This document shows, in pieces, positions 18,655-27,758 of a DNA stretch of 64,000 bases. Every line of letters begins with the position of its first letter. Position 1 is the first letter of the stretch. The DNA lies in the UHGV virus genome UHGV-0248979; one strand, given 5' to 3'. The stretch comes from a virus. The translations under genes and the position numbers were made by a program. The notes under the pieces were generated by a model. It searched no databases, was not told the DNA's origin, and saw nothing but the letters and a program-made list of their open reading frames with translations.

Positions 18655-18885
18655 TTAAGATTTTCTACATGTTATTGAATCGAAAGCACCACGCCCAACC
18701 CAACGCCAATTATAATGATGATCAGCTTTATAAAGTGTGTATCTGCCCTGCTTTTTTACGTCGAAAATATTGATCGTAGTCTCTTCATTACCCAGCTTAG
18801 CTGTGCCGTAACATACAGGTTCGGGTAGTTGTTGACATCCACTTACTGTAAGCAATGCGAAACCCAGTAAAACTTTTCTTAACAT
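18655..18885 (-). CDS. small lipoprotein between the two adhesin-like genes (candidate receptor-masking protein)
   Basis: 76 aa; signal peptide with lipobox (LLTVSG-C); mature part about 59 aa with further Cys. Confidence 0.6.
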   Translation of the reverse strand: MLRKVLLGFALLTVSGCQQLPEPVCYGTAKLGNEETTINIFDVKKQGRYTLYKADHHYNWRWVGRGAFDSITCRKS

Positions 18886-18895
18886 CTTTCTGTCC

Positions 18896-19441
18896 TTAGA
18901 CTACACTTATTGAAATTGTTGCACCGTTCTGATTAAATAACCAGTTGGTTGCCGTCTTAGCCTCATAGCGCCGGACGCCGTTACTGTAGGAGTACGGTAG
19001 AAAAGTAATCTTCGTTCCGTTAAACGAAAGCGTAATATTCTGATTTGGTCCATTGGTTAGGGCCATGTAGATAATACCAGTATTTTGTACTTGGCTAAGA
19101 TGTGTGACGCTACAACCCAAGATCGAACCTGACACCGAACCGGCCGCATTTTGTGTTTGCACACGATTCGATACTGTAGAACCAGCACCCGTTGTTGTAG
19201 AGTTGTTCGAATACCCCCCATACGTATTTGTAATAGGAACCCACTGCGTGTTCGTAGCCTGCACCAAAACAACATAGGTTGATCGGCCTACAACGAGTTT
19301 AAGATCCTCTACGCTACGCCCGACCATCTGCGACATGTTAAATGGCGTGCTCAGTTTAAGCTTATTACCTGCCACACTCATCCACTCCTGACCGGTTACT
19401 GCCTTTGCTGAGCTTCCAACCCAGCCGGATGCTACCCCCAT
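18896..19441 (-). CDS. adhesin-like tail fibre-associated protein, paralog A
   Basis: 181 aa, Gly/Ser/Thr/Asn-rich; ATG with GGAGGA RBS just downstream of the fibre gene terminator. Confidence 0.65.
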   Translation of the reverse strand: MGVASGWVGSSAKAVTGQEWMSVAGNKLKLSTPFNMSQMVGRSVEDLKLVVGRSTYVVLVQATNTQWVPITNTYGGYSNNSTTTGAGSTVSNRVQTQNAAGSVSGSILGCSVTHLSQVQNTGIIYMALTNGPNQNITLSFNGTKITFLPYSYSNGVRRYEAKTATNWLFNQNGATISISVV

Positions 19442-19451
19442 AAATCCTCCA

Positions 19452-19481
19452 AACTAAAATAGGGGGATTACTCCCCCTATC
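19452..19481 (-). terminator. hairpin terminator after the tail fibre gene
   Basis: Hairpin tagggggagtaatccccctat followed by a T-rich run on the minus strand. Confidence 0.6.
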
Positions 19482-19482
19482 T

Positions 19483-22400
19483 TTAATTCCCCTTGAGTTC
19501 TTTAAGCTCTTGGCGAAGAGTTTTCATGCCTTCTACTAACAACGCAATAACACCATTGTAATTTAGACGTAAACGTTTTTCGCCTGAAATGGCATCGTCG
19601 TCCTCGGACACAAGTTCAGGTAACGCTTCTAATGCGTCCTGAGCAATTAGACCTACAGAAGTCTGCCAACCGTCATCAGGATGCTGAATTTCGTACAAAT
19701 AACCGGTTAGTAACTCTAACCGATCCAAAGCTTTATCCAGCTTCACCAGATTACGTTTGTTACGACGGTCAGAACGAATCTGTACGTCGTTAAACGAACC
19801 GTTACCGTTGCCAGTAACGTTATGTCCAAAGTTTACTTGGCCGTTAGAATTATTAAAAGACAACGGGCGTAATCCGTTCCAGGAACCCGCTGCGGCTTGT
19901 CCGGCGTCGGTTACTAAGAAATAGGTATTGGCACCGTCGTTACGTAAAATAAAACCGTAGGTACCGTAAGCGATTCGAAAATCAGGGTATTTAGTGGCCA
20001 ATTTACCATTAACGGTTAAATCACCGCCTACAGTACCGCCCCCTGACGGTAACGCGCCCACTTCCGCAGCAGTTGGCTTGTTTCTCGTATTGTAAGCACG
20101 ACGCCAGCCTGGTGAGTATCCATCGCCGTTAAATACGTAGATAAACTCCGCATTAGTGAGTGCTCCGCCGACGCTCGTCGTTGTGGCGGTCGTTATACGG
20201 ATCGTGTAGTTGTTTGTGCTGTTGCCGTTACTAATGACTTCTATAACGGCCCCAGCTAACGGAATGACACCACAACCCGTCTCGCTGTGAGGTATGGACG
20301 CACTGGCGGCATAAGCCCACGCACAGCGAGCAACCCACGATCTTGTGGTAAATGCGCCGTTATTTTTCAATAACGTCACTAGCTGTGCTGTAGTTATTGC
20401 ACCGCCATTAGCGCCAGTTTCTAACCAACCACTAGGTGATGCCGGACAACCTATTTCGGCTGGCCCTAACGCTATATTTCTAGTGCCATCAAACGCAATA
20501 CCATTGATGGTTCTTGCGGTTTGCAACTTTGTTGCCGTGGCTGCGTTTCCGGTGGTCGACTGATTCCCTGTTTGGTTTACTCCAGGTAAACTGATGTCTT
20601 TAGTACCATCAAAAGCTACGCCACCTATATTTCGAGCAGTCTGTAGCTTAGTCGCTGTCGCCGCATTCCCCGTAGTCGATTGGTTACCGGTTTGGTTTAC
20701 ACCAGGAAGATTAACGTCTTTTGTCCCATCGAACACCACACCGCCGATCTTACGTGCGGTTTGTAACTTAGTAGCGGTCGCTGCATTACCTGTCGTATTC
20801 TGGTTGCCTTGCTGGTTAACGCCCGGTAAATTGATATCACCTGTACCGTCAAAGCTAACGCCTCCGATCCTGCGAGCGGTTTTCAGTTTCGTCGCGGTAG
20901 CGGCGTTGCCGGTAGTATCCTGATTACCTGTGGCATTTACACCAGGAATGCTATCACGGGCAGTATAAACTTGTGCCCAATCTGACCACGGCGCATCAGC
21001 AGTATCACGTCGACTACGAATATAAACGGGTGCGTGCGCACCGCTCGTCCCCGACCATCCGATTAACAGTTCCCCTTCGCCTAGCGCAGCAGAACCGCCC
21101 AAATGCAGTAAGTTACCATAAGCGGTTGGATAACCGTTATTGTAAACTTCGTACATCTGAATACCGGGTGTACCTTTGTTTGATCCAGTCAGTGCAGTAA
21201 CACGTCCACGTCCTACCAACGTGTTGATATTGATGTCTCTAGACCCATCAAATTTCACACCGTTGATGTTTCGAGCCGTTTGTAATTTGGTTGCGGTTCC
21301 CGCGTTCCCAGAGGTGTTTTGATTACCCTGTTGGTTTACACCAGGGAGGCTAATGTCTCCGCTACCGTCGAAACTTACACCGCCGATTAAACGGGCTGTT
21401 TTCAGTTTCGTTGCCGTAGCAGCATTGCCTGTTAACTCACCTGATAACCCTTTTGCAAAGGTCTGTTTTTCTGCCCACGTATGCGCTGCATTCAATACGG
21501 GCATCTGGCGGCTAGTAATAGTACGTTTACCCTTTTCACCAGCGACGCGAACAGCAAAGAAGCGATAGTTAGCAGTAGACACTGTACCACGCCAGACCAA
21601 CATACTCCGGCCAGTACCGGTGTCCTCCGACGCCCCTACAAGAATAGTAACCAAGTTACCGTCGATAACACCCCAATCCATTCCCGCAGGAATGTTTTTC
21701 ATGGTATTCAATGGTGTACTTATCATCTGGCCAGGAACGAAGTCGAAGGTTTGCCAGTCTAACGGATCTACCTTAGCAGCAACCCCACCGATCCCTAAAG
21801 CCAACGGGAGTGAATAGGATGTGAAAATCTCTCGCCATTCGCTCCAGGCATTTCCTGTACGAATTCGTTGGAACTTGCGACCTTTCGAAGTTGCGCCTGT
21901 ACCGTATGTGGTATAATTTTGTTCAACACCTGAACCGTCTAAGCGTAAGGTAACTTCGCAAACGCCTAGCAAGGTTGCGCCAGCAGAGTCTGTTAACGGA
22001 CCGTCTGTAGCCTCGCCGGTAACACTAAAGCGACCCGGTTTAGTTAAGTCGTTAAAGCTACCCTTATAGTAGGCACCGTCTACCTGATACCCAACCTGAA
22101 TCCAATCTTCCCACTGCGGATTAGACGAATCCCAAGTCGCAGTCAAACCACGGACATACATCGTACCACGACGAGTGGTGTAACGTTGTAAACGTCCATA
22201 AAGACCGCCTTCCATGACTTCTAATACGCCTTGCGCATTACCGCCCTCTTCAGGATAATGTCTGTCGAACACCGCTAACGAACTGGACGAGTTACGCCAG
22301 TTACCCATGTGCTCAGCGCCGCCTAAGGAGTTCAGATCGATCGATGTAGATAACGGGCGTACACCTGTAGTTACCATTCTCCACGGTGACCACGGGCCAT

Positions 22401-23922
22401 TAGTTCCGTTCCACGCGGCTGACAACATGCGGTTGTACACGTTACCATTACGGCAGGTAAAACGTTGCGCTCCACTGTAGTTGCCCGCTTTATACACTTC
22501 TAGATAACCTACCGCACCGTCTTCCGGGAAGTGTTTTGCTATTGATGCGTTTGTTGATGTCGACTTGGACCATGTTCCTGTGTAATTGGCATCTGGAGCA
22601 AATGTGTTAATATCAGCATCTGCGGGCATTTCACCACGGAAACGCAGATAGGTATCAGGAGATAGACCAATATTGCGAGCAAAGGTTTCTTTATTGGGGA
22701 TATCAGCACCGTTAGAGTTTTTCTGTAACGCAGAGTTCGCTTTATCTACAGTGGCTTTTAATCCCAAGAAATTGATGATATCCGCAGTTGTCCCTTTTGC
22801 TAACAAGGTTCTGGCGGTTTCTGTAAAGTCAGTTAACCCGACTTTATTAGTGCCAGTGAAATAAGGGAGCTTGTTTGCTGCGGTTGTGACTGCGGCAATA
22901 GCAGTAAGTAGTGGACTGATAGGTTGCTTCTGTGCAAGTTTCTCAGTAATCGTTGTTGCGAAGTTAGGGTCATTACCTAACGCCGTAGCTAATTCCGCTA
23001 AGGTATCTAACGTCTCAGGTGAAGAACCAACCAATTCCGCGATAGCAGCACGCACCCAGGCCGTTGTGGAGATGCTCGTGTCGTTCGAGTCCTTTGGGGG
23101 CGTTGGTGATGTCGGGTTACCCGTAAAATTCGGCGAATGTTTATCGGCTTTTAACTGTAATTCGTCGTTCAGCTGTTTAACCGTGGACGGTGTGGCAGCC
23201 TCCGTCACGGATTCGCTAGTCAGGGTATTGTTAAGTTTAACGATACCTTTACCGGTCGTACTAGCGTCAACTAAACCCTGTGCAGCGATTTTCTCCGCAC
23301 GCAGAGCGGCTGACTCCGAGCGTGTAGCTGCGCCTTCTGAGCTTTCTTTATCTTTCGTAACCTGCGCAGCAACCTTCTCCACCGCGCCCTTACTGGCCTC
23401 AATTGAAGCCGCAGTATTTGCGATACTGGTAGCGGTCTGTTGAACCTGTCCGGCCCGTTGCGTAACCGTTTCTGCTTTCTTAGTTACATCAGCCGCTACA
23501 GCTGTCACAGATTGTTCGCTTGCGGCGACAGCTTGAGCCTTCTCATTTACTGATTGTGAAACAGTATCTACGGCAGTTTTTGCTGCTAAAACTTCAGCGT
23601 GTTTTTTGTTAACCTCCGCAGTTTTAGTGGCGACGGTTCCCGCTTGCTCATTAACTGTGGAAGCTAAAGTGGTGGTCTGTTGCTTCGCTGTTTCTGCTAA
23701 ATCTTTAGCTTTCGTAGCTTCTGTTGCGGACTGTTGTGATTTGGCCGCAGCCGTTTGTGCATCAGCAACCGCACTTCTGACGGTGTCAATGTCCGCAACG
23801 ATCTCGCGGACTGGTAACTTATAATCTTTTTCGTCTTTCGAAAAAAGTAAAACGCCTTCACCGATATCCCCGGTGTACGGATGTAAGTCGTGTAAACGTA
23901 TTTTCTTTACCGCTTTAGCCAT
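19483..23922 (-). CDS. long tail fibre protein with C-terminal intramolecular chaperone (peptidase S74-like) domain
   Basis: 1479 aa; Ala/Thr/Gln-rich N-terminal region; six ~40-aa repeats (GNQxTTGNAATATKLQTAR.IGGV.FDG); C-terminal SDRRNKRNL...LVEGMKTL motif typical of self-cleaving chaperone domains. Confidence 0.85.
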   Translation of the reverse strand: MAKAVKKIRLHDLHPYTGDIGEGVLLFSKDEKDYKLPVREIVADIDTVRSAVADAQTAAAKSQQSATEATKAKDLAETAKQQTTTLASTVNEQAGTVATKTAEVNKKHAEVLAAKTAVDTVSQSVNEKAQAVAASEQSVTAVAADVTKKAETVTQRAGQVQQTATSIANTAASIEASKGAVEKVAAQVTKDKESSEGAATRSESAALRAEKIAAQGLVDASTTGKGIVKLNNTLTSESVTEAATPSTVKQLNDELQLKADKHSPNFTGNPTSPTPPKDSNDTSISTTAWVRAAIAELVGSSPETLDTLAELATALGNDPNFATTITEKLAQKQPISPLLTAIAAVTTAANKLPYFTGTNKVGLTDFTETARTLLAKGTTADIINFLGLKATVDKANSALQKNSNGADIPNKETFARNIGLSPDTYLRFRGEMPADADINTFAPDANYTGTWSKSTSTNASIAKHFPEDGAVGYLEVYKAGNYSGAQRFTCRNGNVYNRMLSAAWNGTNGPWSPWRMVTTGVRPLSTSIDLNSLGGAEHMGNWRNSSSSLAVFDRHYPEEGGNAQGVLEVMEGGLYGRLQRYTTRRGTMYVRGLTATWDSSNPQWEDWIQVGYQVDGAYYKGSFNDLTKPGRFSVTGEATDGPLTDSAGATLLGVCEVTLRLDGSGVEQNYTTYGTGATSKGRKFQRIRTGNAWSEWREIFTSYSLPLALGIGGVAAKVDPLDWQTFDFVPGQMISTPLNTMKNIPAGMDWGVIDGNLVTILVGASEDTGTGRSMLVWRGTVSTANYRFFAVRVAGEKGKRTITSRQMPVLNAAHTWAEKQTFAKGLSGELTGNAATATKLKTARLIGGVSFDGSGDISLPGVNQQGNQNTSGNAGTATKLQTARNINGVKFDGSRDININTLVGRGRVTALTGSNKGTPGIQMYEVYNNGYPTAYGNLLHLGGSAALGEGELLIGWSGTSGAHAPVYIRSRRDTADAPWSDWAQVYTARDSIPGVNATGNQDTTGNAATATKLKTARRIGGVSFDGTGDINLPGVNQQGNQNTTGNAATATKLQTARKIGGVVFDGTKDVNLPGVNQTGNQSTTGNAATATKLQTARNIGGVAFDGTKDISLPGVNQTGNQSTTGNAATATKLQTARTINGIAFDGTRNIALGPAEIGCPASPSGWLETGANGGAITTAQLVTLLKNNGAFTTRSWVARCAWAYAASASIPHSETGCGVIPLAGAVIEVISNGNSTNNYTIRITTATTTSVGGALTNAEFIYVFNGDGYSPGWRRAYNTRNKPTAAEVGALPSGGGTVGGDLTVNGKLATKYPDFRIAYGTYGFILRNDGANTYFLVTDAGQAAAGSWNGLRPLSFNNSNGQVNFGHNVTGNGNGSFNDVQIRSDRRNKRNLVKLDKALDRLELLTGYLYEIQHPDDGWQTSVGLIAQDALEALPELVSEDDDAISGEKRLRLNYNGVIALLVEGMKTLRQELKELKGN
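20470..21450 (-). repeat. tandem ~117-nt coding repeats (phage tail fibre repeat units) inside the fibre gene
   Basis: Near-identical nucleotide units in two blocks (4 + 2 copies) separated by an insert; boundaries approximate. Confidence 0.7.
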
Positions 23923-24127
23923 GATATTTAATTCTCTATCTGGAGCTAAAAGATCTGGGAAGGTAAAACACCTCCCCCAACATTTTTATAAGCGGATTAT
24001 TATACTGGTTTTAATCCATCATCTTCTAACGTGAAAGTGATGCCCAACTCCGCGTTCTCATGATCTGGGTTTACTAAGTCTTGATAAACGTTTGCTTTGG
24101 CCTCCATTACCAGAAAAACCGTCAAGT

Positions 24128-24724
24128 TCATGTAGCCGGGTTTTCTTCAGCGGAGTCTCCATCTGGAACCTCAAATGTAAGAACAGCATCGTCACCAATA
24201 CAGAAGATTGCATCTTCTTCGTTTGCTAATGCCCGTTCAGTTTTATCAAATAACGTCACCATAAACGCATTCACCCACGCTGGAGAATCGTCAGCAACGT
24301 TGACAGCAATAGGATCGTTACCTAAAGTGATATCTGAAGCATGTAAATCCTCGGGTTGTAAGTTCGTTCCGCAGAATTCATTTACAACACCTAAAATGTC
24401 ACGAAGGTTGTCTTCGGTACCATCTAACGAAATCAAAATAGGTTCGGACGCTAACACTTTGTCCGCATCCAAGCGGTCGTAATAAACAACTACAGAAGCA
24501 CCATCAGGTTTCCTGATTTTTGTAATCTCTGTCAGTGTGTTACGACGCGACGTAGTCGGGGACAGGTTTGCCATAGTGTTGCTAATACGAATTTCGCTTA
24601 GAGACAACCGTGAACCGTTATCGTGGTTGATTAAAGCGACCACCAATTCGGCTGAGGACAGACTTAAATCAGGTACGTATGTGGCCACTATAGCCTCCCA
24701 GATCAAAAAAAAAATAAAAAACAT
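24128..24724 (-). CDS. paralog family member P6, upstream of the tail fibre gene
   Basis: N-terminal region (VPDLSLSSAELVVALINHDNG) homologous to P5; true start probably a GTG near 24681 with GGGAGG RBS (the ORF-track N-terminus translates a poly-T run). Confidence 0.55.
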   Translation of the reverse strand: MFFIFFLIWEAIVATYVPDLSLSSAELVVALINHDNGSRLSLSEIRISNTMANLSPTTSRRNTLTEITKIRKPDGASVVVYYDRLDADKVLASEPILISLDGTEDNLRDILGVVNEFCGTNLQPEDLHASDITLGNDPIAVNVADDSPAWVNAFMVTLFDKTERALANEEDAIFCIGDDAVLTFEVPDGDSAEENPAT

Positions 24725-24751
24725 CTACCGCCCATAGAATCGGGCGGTAGA
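24703..24751 (-). terminator. rho-independent terminator
   Basis: Hairpin ctaccgcccgattctatgggcggtag followed by a long T-run on the minus strand. Confidence 0.7.
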
Positions 24752-24777
24752 CAGTCATTTTACAGCTAAATATCAAA

Positions 24778-25152
24778 TCAGACCGTTAGTTCTCCACATA
24801 ACTCAACATCGATACCGAACGTCATTCCCACTTCTTGAAGTTTGTTCGCCAGTAGGTGACGATGACAAAACTTACCTGCAGGACAATAACACATCAAAAC
24901 CAGGTCTTCGTGTCTGAGTAACGACACTAAAACTTCGGCATCGGCATCTAACAGTCGTTCGAGTTTGTACAAATACTTTATCGTGTATTCACGCTCAGCG
25001 GCAGCGTCTTGGGCAGAATTTTTATACGCCATTAGGAAATCCCAGTCGGGGGCGAGTTCCTTTCGCCCTGACTTCACGGTGATATCCACCGCGTGAAATC
25101 CTTTCTGCTTAGCTAACCGCCACTTAGCGAGTTGTAGCGTCCAGATACGCAT
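24778..25152 (-). CDS. hypothetical protein with conserved Cys/His motif
   Basis: 124 aa; motif MCYCPAGKFCHRH. Confidence 0.55.
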   Translation of the reverse strand: MRIWTLQLAKWRLAKQKGFHAVDITVKSGRKELAPDWDFLMAYKNSAQDAAAEREYTIKYLYKLERLLDADAEVLVSLLRHEDLVLMCYCPAGKFCHRHLLANKLQEVGMTFGIDVELCGELTV

Positions 25153-25349
25153 TAGGAACGAGTCTGCGTTTCAGCCATCAACGCACAGCTTCTTACAGCC
25201 TGTGCATGAAGCTCTGTACCTGGAGTATAATCCTTTATACAGTCCTGATACAACTCACGTTTCGTTTCTAAAGTACGGTTGTCTAACTCAGCACTTGCGA
25301 GTGCCCCTGCGATAAGGATAAATACTAGAATCGGTAACCAAATTTTCAT
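25152..25349 (-). CDS. small membrane-anchored protein, tandem paralog of 25346..25558
   Basis: 65 aa; N-terminal hydrophobic helix; conserved Cys pair. Confidence 0.5.
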   Translation of the reverse strand: MKIWLPILVFILIAGALASAELDNRTLETKRELYQDCIKDYTPGTELHAQAVRSCALMAETQTRS

Positions 25350-25558
25350 TTCCCTCCTCCCATTCGATTAGCGTATTCCGTACACGCCATTACTAATTCA
25401 GCGTAACGTGGATTATCTACAGTAGTGCCTGACATACATTCACGATAAAGGGAGTCTCTACGTGATTCGTCAGACGTCTTAACGTAGAACATCAACATCG
25501 CTACAATCAGTGTAGTCGAAACAATTGCTGATATGATATATCCGTCATTTATTTTCAT
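25346..25558 (-). CDS. small membrane-anchored protein, tandem paralog
   Basis: 70 aa; N-terminal hydrophobic helix; pattern LY-EC...C shared with the neighbour. Confidence 0.5.
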   Translation of the reverse strand: MKINDGYIISAIVSTTLIVAMLMFYVKTSDESRRDSLYRECMSGTTVDNPRYAELVMACTEYANRMGGGK

Positions 25559-26075
25559 CTATAAAACACCAAGGTTCTGGATAAAACTCTGTAAGTAAGT
25601 CAACGTAAAAACTATGTAAATTTGTTAGCCTTATAACACACCCTAACAAATCCTGATCAGCGCGATGATAAATCACCACAGAAGTTTTTGATAATCGTTT
25701 AACATGTATAAACCCATCATCTTTTATTCTGCGATACAGCATCTTAAAATCGATTTCACCTACCGTATCAGGTTCACCTACGACGGAAAACCGAATATGT
25801 GGCCGTTCGCTACCTTGGGTTGATAAAAATTCCTCTGTCGTCTTTGCATAAACCTGCCCTAAAAAGGATAGGTGGGGAATTACTTCTTTACGCAACTCGG
25901 TGCTCGAAATCTTAGCAAAAACCTGGCGTTCCGTTAAGTGCATTAACTCGCCTAATCTCCCCAAGTCTTTGTTATATCCCAAAAAAAGAGCCACTTTCTC
26001 GTCATGCGTAATAGGCGGCCATTCGACCGCCTTTGCACGACGTTGCTTAAACCAACTCACAAGTCGCGCTATCAC
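25545..26075 (-). CDS. hypothetical protein
   Basis: 176-aa ORF. Confidence 0.55.
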   Translation of the reverse strand: MIARLVSWFKQRRAKAVEWPPITHDEKVALFLGYNKDLGRLGELMHLTERQVFAKISSTELRKEVIPHLSFLGQVYAKTTEEFLSTQGSERPHIRFSVVGEPDTVGEIDFKMLYRRIKDDGFIHVKRLSKTSVVIYHRADQDLLGCVIRLTNLHSFYVDLLTEFYPEPWCFIDENK

Positions 26076-26077
26076 GT

Positions 26078-26770
26078 TTAGTAATCCTCTTCCTGATTGA
26101 CCACCGATTGAATACGGGTTGCGACTTCGTTAGTGTCCAGATCAGTTTCGTCTACCTTATCCACAAGTTTCTGCACTTTACGTACATGGGATTCGGTAAC
26201 ATCAAAACGACCACGATCGGCTAACAGCAACGTTACCATATCCTTACGCGTAACCATCAGTTCTTCTTCAGGTAGGTGTAGGGATTTGTCTAACAGCCCA
26301 GAATGCATGAAGTTTTCCAGTAAGCGTTCTTCTCCCTGGTCGAAATCATAACGTTCGTTAGGTGCAGCAACAAAAGCATAACCGAAGTAGTTTTCTTCTG
26401 TCTCACGTAGCGATTTAATGATTTTGTCACCATGTTGGCAGAAATCACTTAACGTGTAGTCGTCAAGCGTTGCAACGATGGTTTCTGCTTGTACACCGTT
26501 ATCTGTTTCGTACAGATGCGCAACCCAAAGTTTCCAGTTACGCGGTTCGTCAAACAAACCACCGATTAACATATCAGTCGCTGCCATGCGCATACGCGGT
26601 GACGTTGTAAACTGGAAACCACGGCCCGCGTACGGGCCGATAGGACGAATAGAGCTACCGACGAAAGTAATGCGGTTTAACGCATTTTCAGCAATGGTGT
26701 GCGCGGTACGGTTAGCAGCCGCTTTCGGGTTATACTTTTTGTTACGAGGTTTCTTTTGTTTGGTAGCCAT
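26078..26770 (-). CDS. hypothetical protein with basic N-terminus
   Basis: 230 aa; N-terminal KQKKPRNKK. Confidence 0.55.
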   Translation of the reverse strand: MATKQKKPRNKKYNPKAAANRTAHTIAENALNRITFVGSSIRPIGPYAGRGFQFTTSPRMRMAATDMLIGGLFDEPRNWKLWVAHLYETDNGVQAETIVATLDDYTLSDFCQHGDKIIKSLRETEENYFGYAFVAAPNERYDFDQGEERLLENFMHSGLLDKSLHLPEEELMVTRKDMVTLLLADRGRFDVTESHVRKVQKLVDKVDETDLDTNEVATRIQSVVNQEEDY

Positions 26771-27252
26771 TATTTATTCTCAACTAATACTGTGTGAAAT
26801 GCTTTATAAAGAGCCTGTCGTGCCTCAATTAATACTGGACGATTAATCAAGCACATGTATCCGATTTTCCAAGACCAGTAAGACGTGTCGTCGGTGTTTA
26901 GCCCGTAATCAGGTTCAAGATATACCAAATCCGTGTATGCGTCCGGTATATAAAGACGACACAAACTAAGATTCCAAAAATTAGGTAAATCCGACTTTGC
27001 AAGTTCGGACATAACCTGCATTGGAAGCTGGCTTCCGATACCATCTGTTGCAAAAACAATATGCAAGTTTCCTGGCGATTTAGAATACATACCGTGGCCT
27101 TCACAGCTCCACATTGTCGCCAGATGCGGATGGTCGTTGATTAGTTTACAGGTATCACGAACACCTTTTTCAATATAGCCGTTTTTAACTGCAAACTGAG
27201 CACGGTCTTTAAATGACGCCAATCTTTCTGCGTCAACAGAAAATTGAATCAT
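26770..27252 (-). CDS. hypothetical protein
   Basis: 160-aa ORF. Confidence 0.55.
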   Translation of the reverse strand: MIQFSVDAERLASFKDRAQFAVKNGYIEKGVRDTCKLINDHPHLATMWSCEGHGMYSKSPGNLHIVFATDGIGSQLPMQVMSELAKSDLPNFWNLSLCRLYIPDAYTDLVYLEPDYGLNTDDTSYWSWKIGYMCLINRPVLIEARQALYKAFHTVLVENK

Positions 27253-27713
27253 ATCGGATTCTTCCCTAAAATTATCTCACGCATCTCCAGGTAGGTGTCA
27301 AACGGCACCACGGTGTCTTTGTAACGCAACGTTACATAGGTTACGAAGTGTTGCGGTGCCAGGAAAGCACGTTTCGGCGACCCGTCGTGGTTGTAATACT
27401 GTTTCGGACGATATTTGTTGAAAATGTCTTCCCGTGGGAATAATGATTTCTGAATAACCACTTCCCAACGGTGTGGCGTTTCCAAGAGCCCAATACGGAT
27501 CAGCATAGCATCTACCCACCGGCTCATGTTTTCGGTTAATACGAAACTGACGTGGTGGTGTTGGACTTCTGCTAACGCGACTTCGGGTTCTTTATCCAGT
27601 CGCATTAATACCGCAAACAGAGGACGATAGTCAGAATCGTACAGGTCACGGAAAGCGGTTTTCTCACGCTGCTTAAACAACTCAACAATTTCTTTAGATT
27701 CAAAACATTTCAT
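27249..27713 (-). CDS. hypothetical protein
   Basis: 154-aa ORF. Confidence 0.55.
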   Translation of the reverse strand: MKCFESKEIVELFKQREKTAFRDLYDSDYRPLFAVLMRLDKEPEVALAEVQHHHVSFVLTENMSRWVDAMLIRIGLLETPHRWEVVIQKSLFPREDIFNKYRPKQYYNHDGSPKRAFLAPQHFVTYVTLRYKDTVVPFDTYLEMREIILGKNPI

Positions 27714-27758
27714 TTTCTTTTCTCCTAATCATTAAAATAGCCACAGTTGTAAAAAAGA

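Noticed and set aside
20345-23824. Several plus-strand ORFs (60-190 aa) inside the tail fibre gene
   Set aside because: They are antisense to the repeat-rich fibre gene and give Ala/Val/Pro-rich low-complexity peptides mirroring the sense-strand repeats.
24705-24721. Poly-A tract (poly-T on the minus strand) as another slippage site
   Set aside because: It directly follows a GC-rich hairpin and is best explained as the U-run of a rho-independent terminator; the ORF-track N-terminus MFFIFFL is this run translated, and the real start is probably a downstream GTG.
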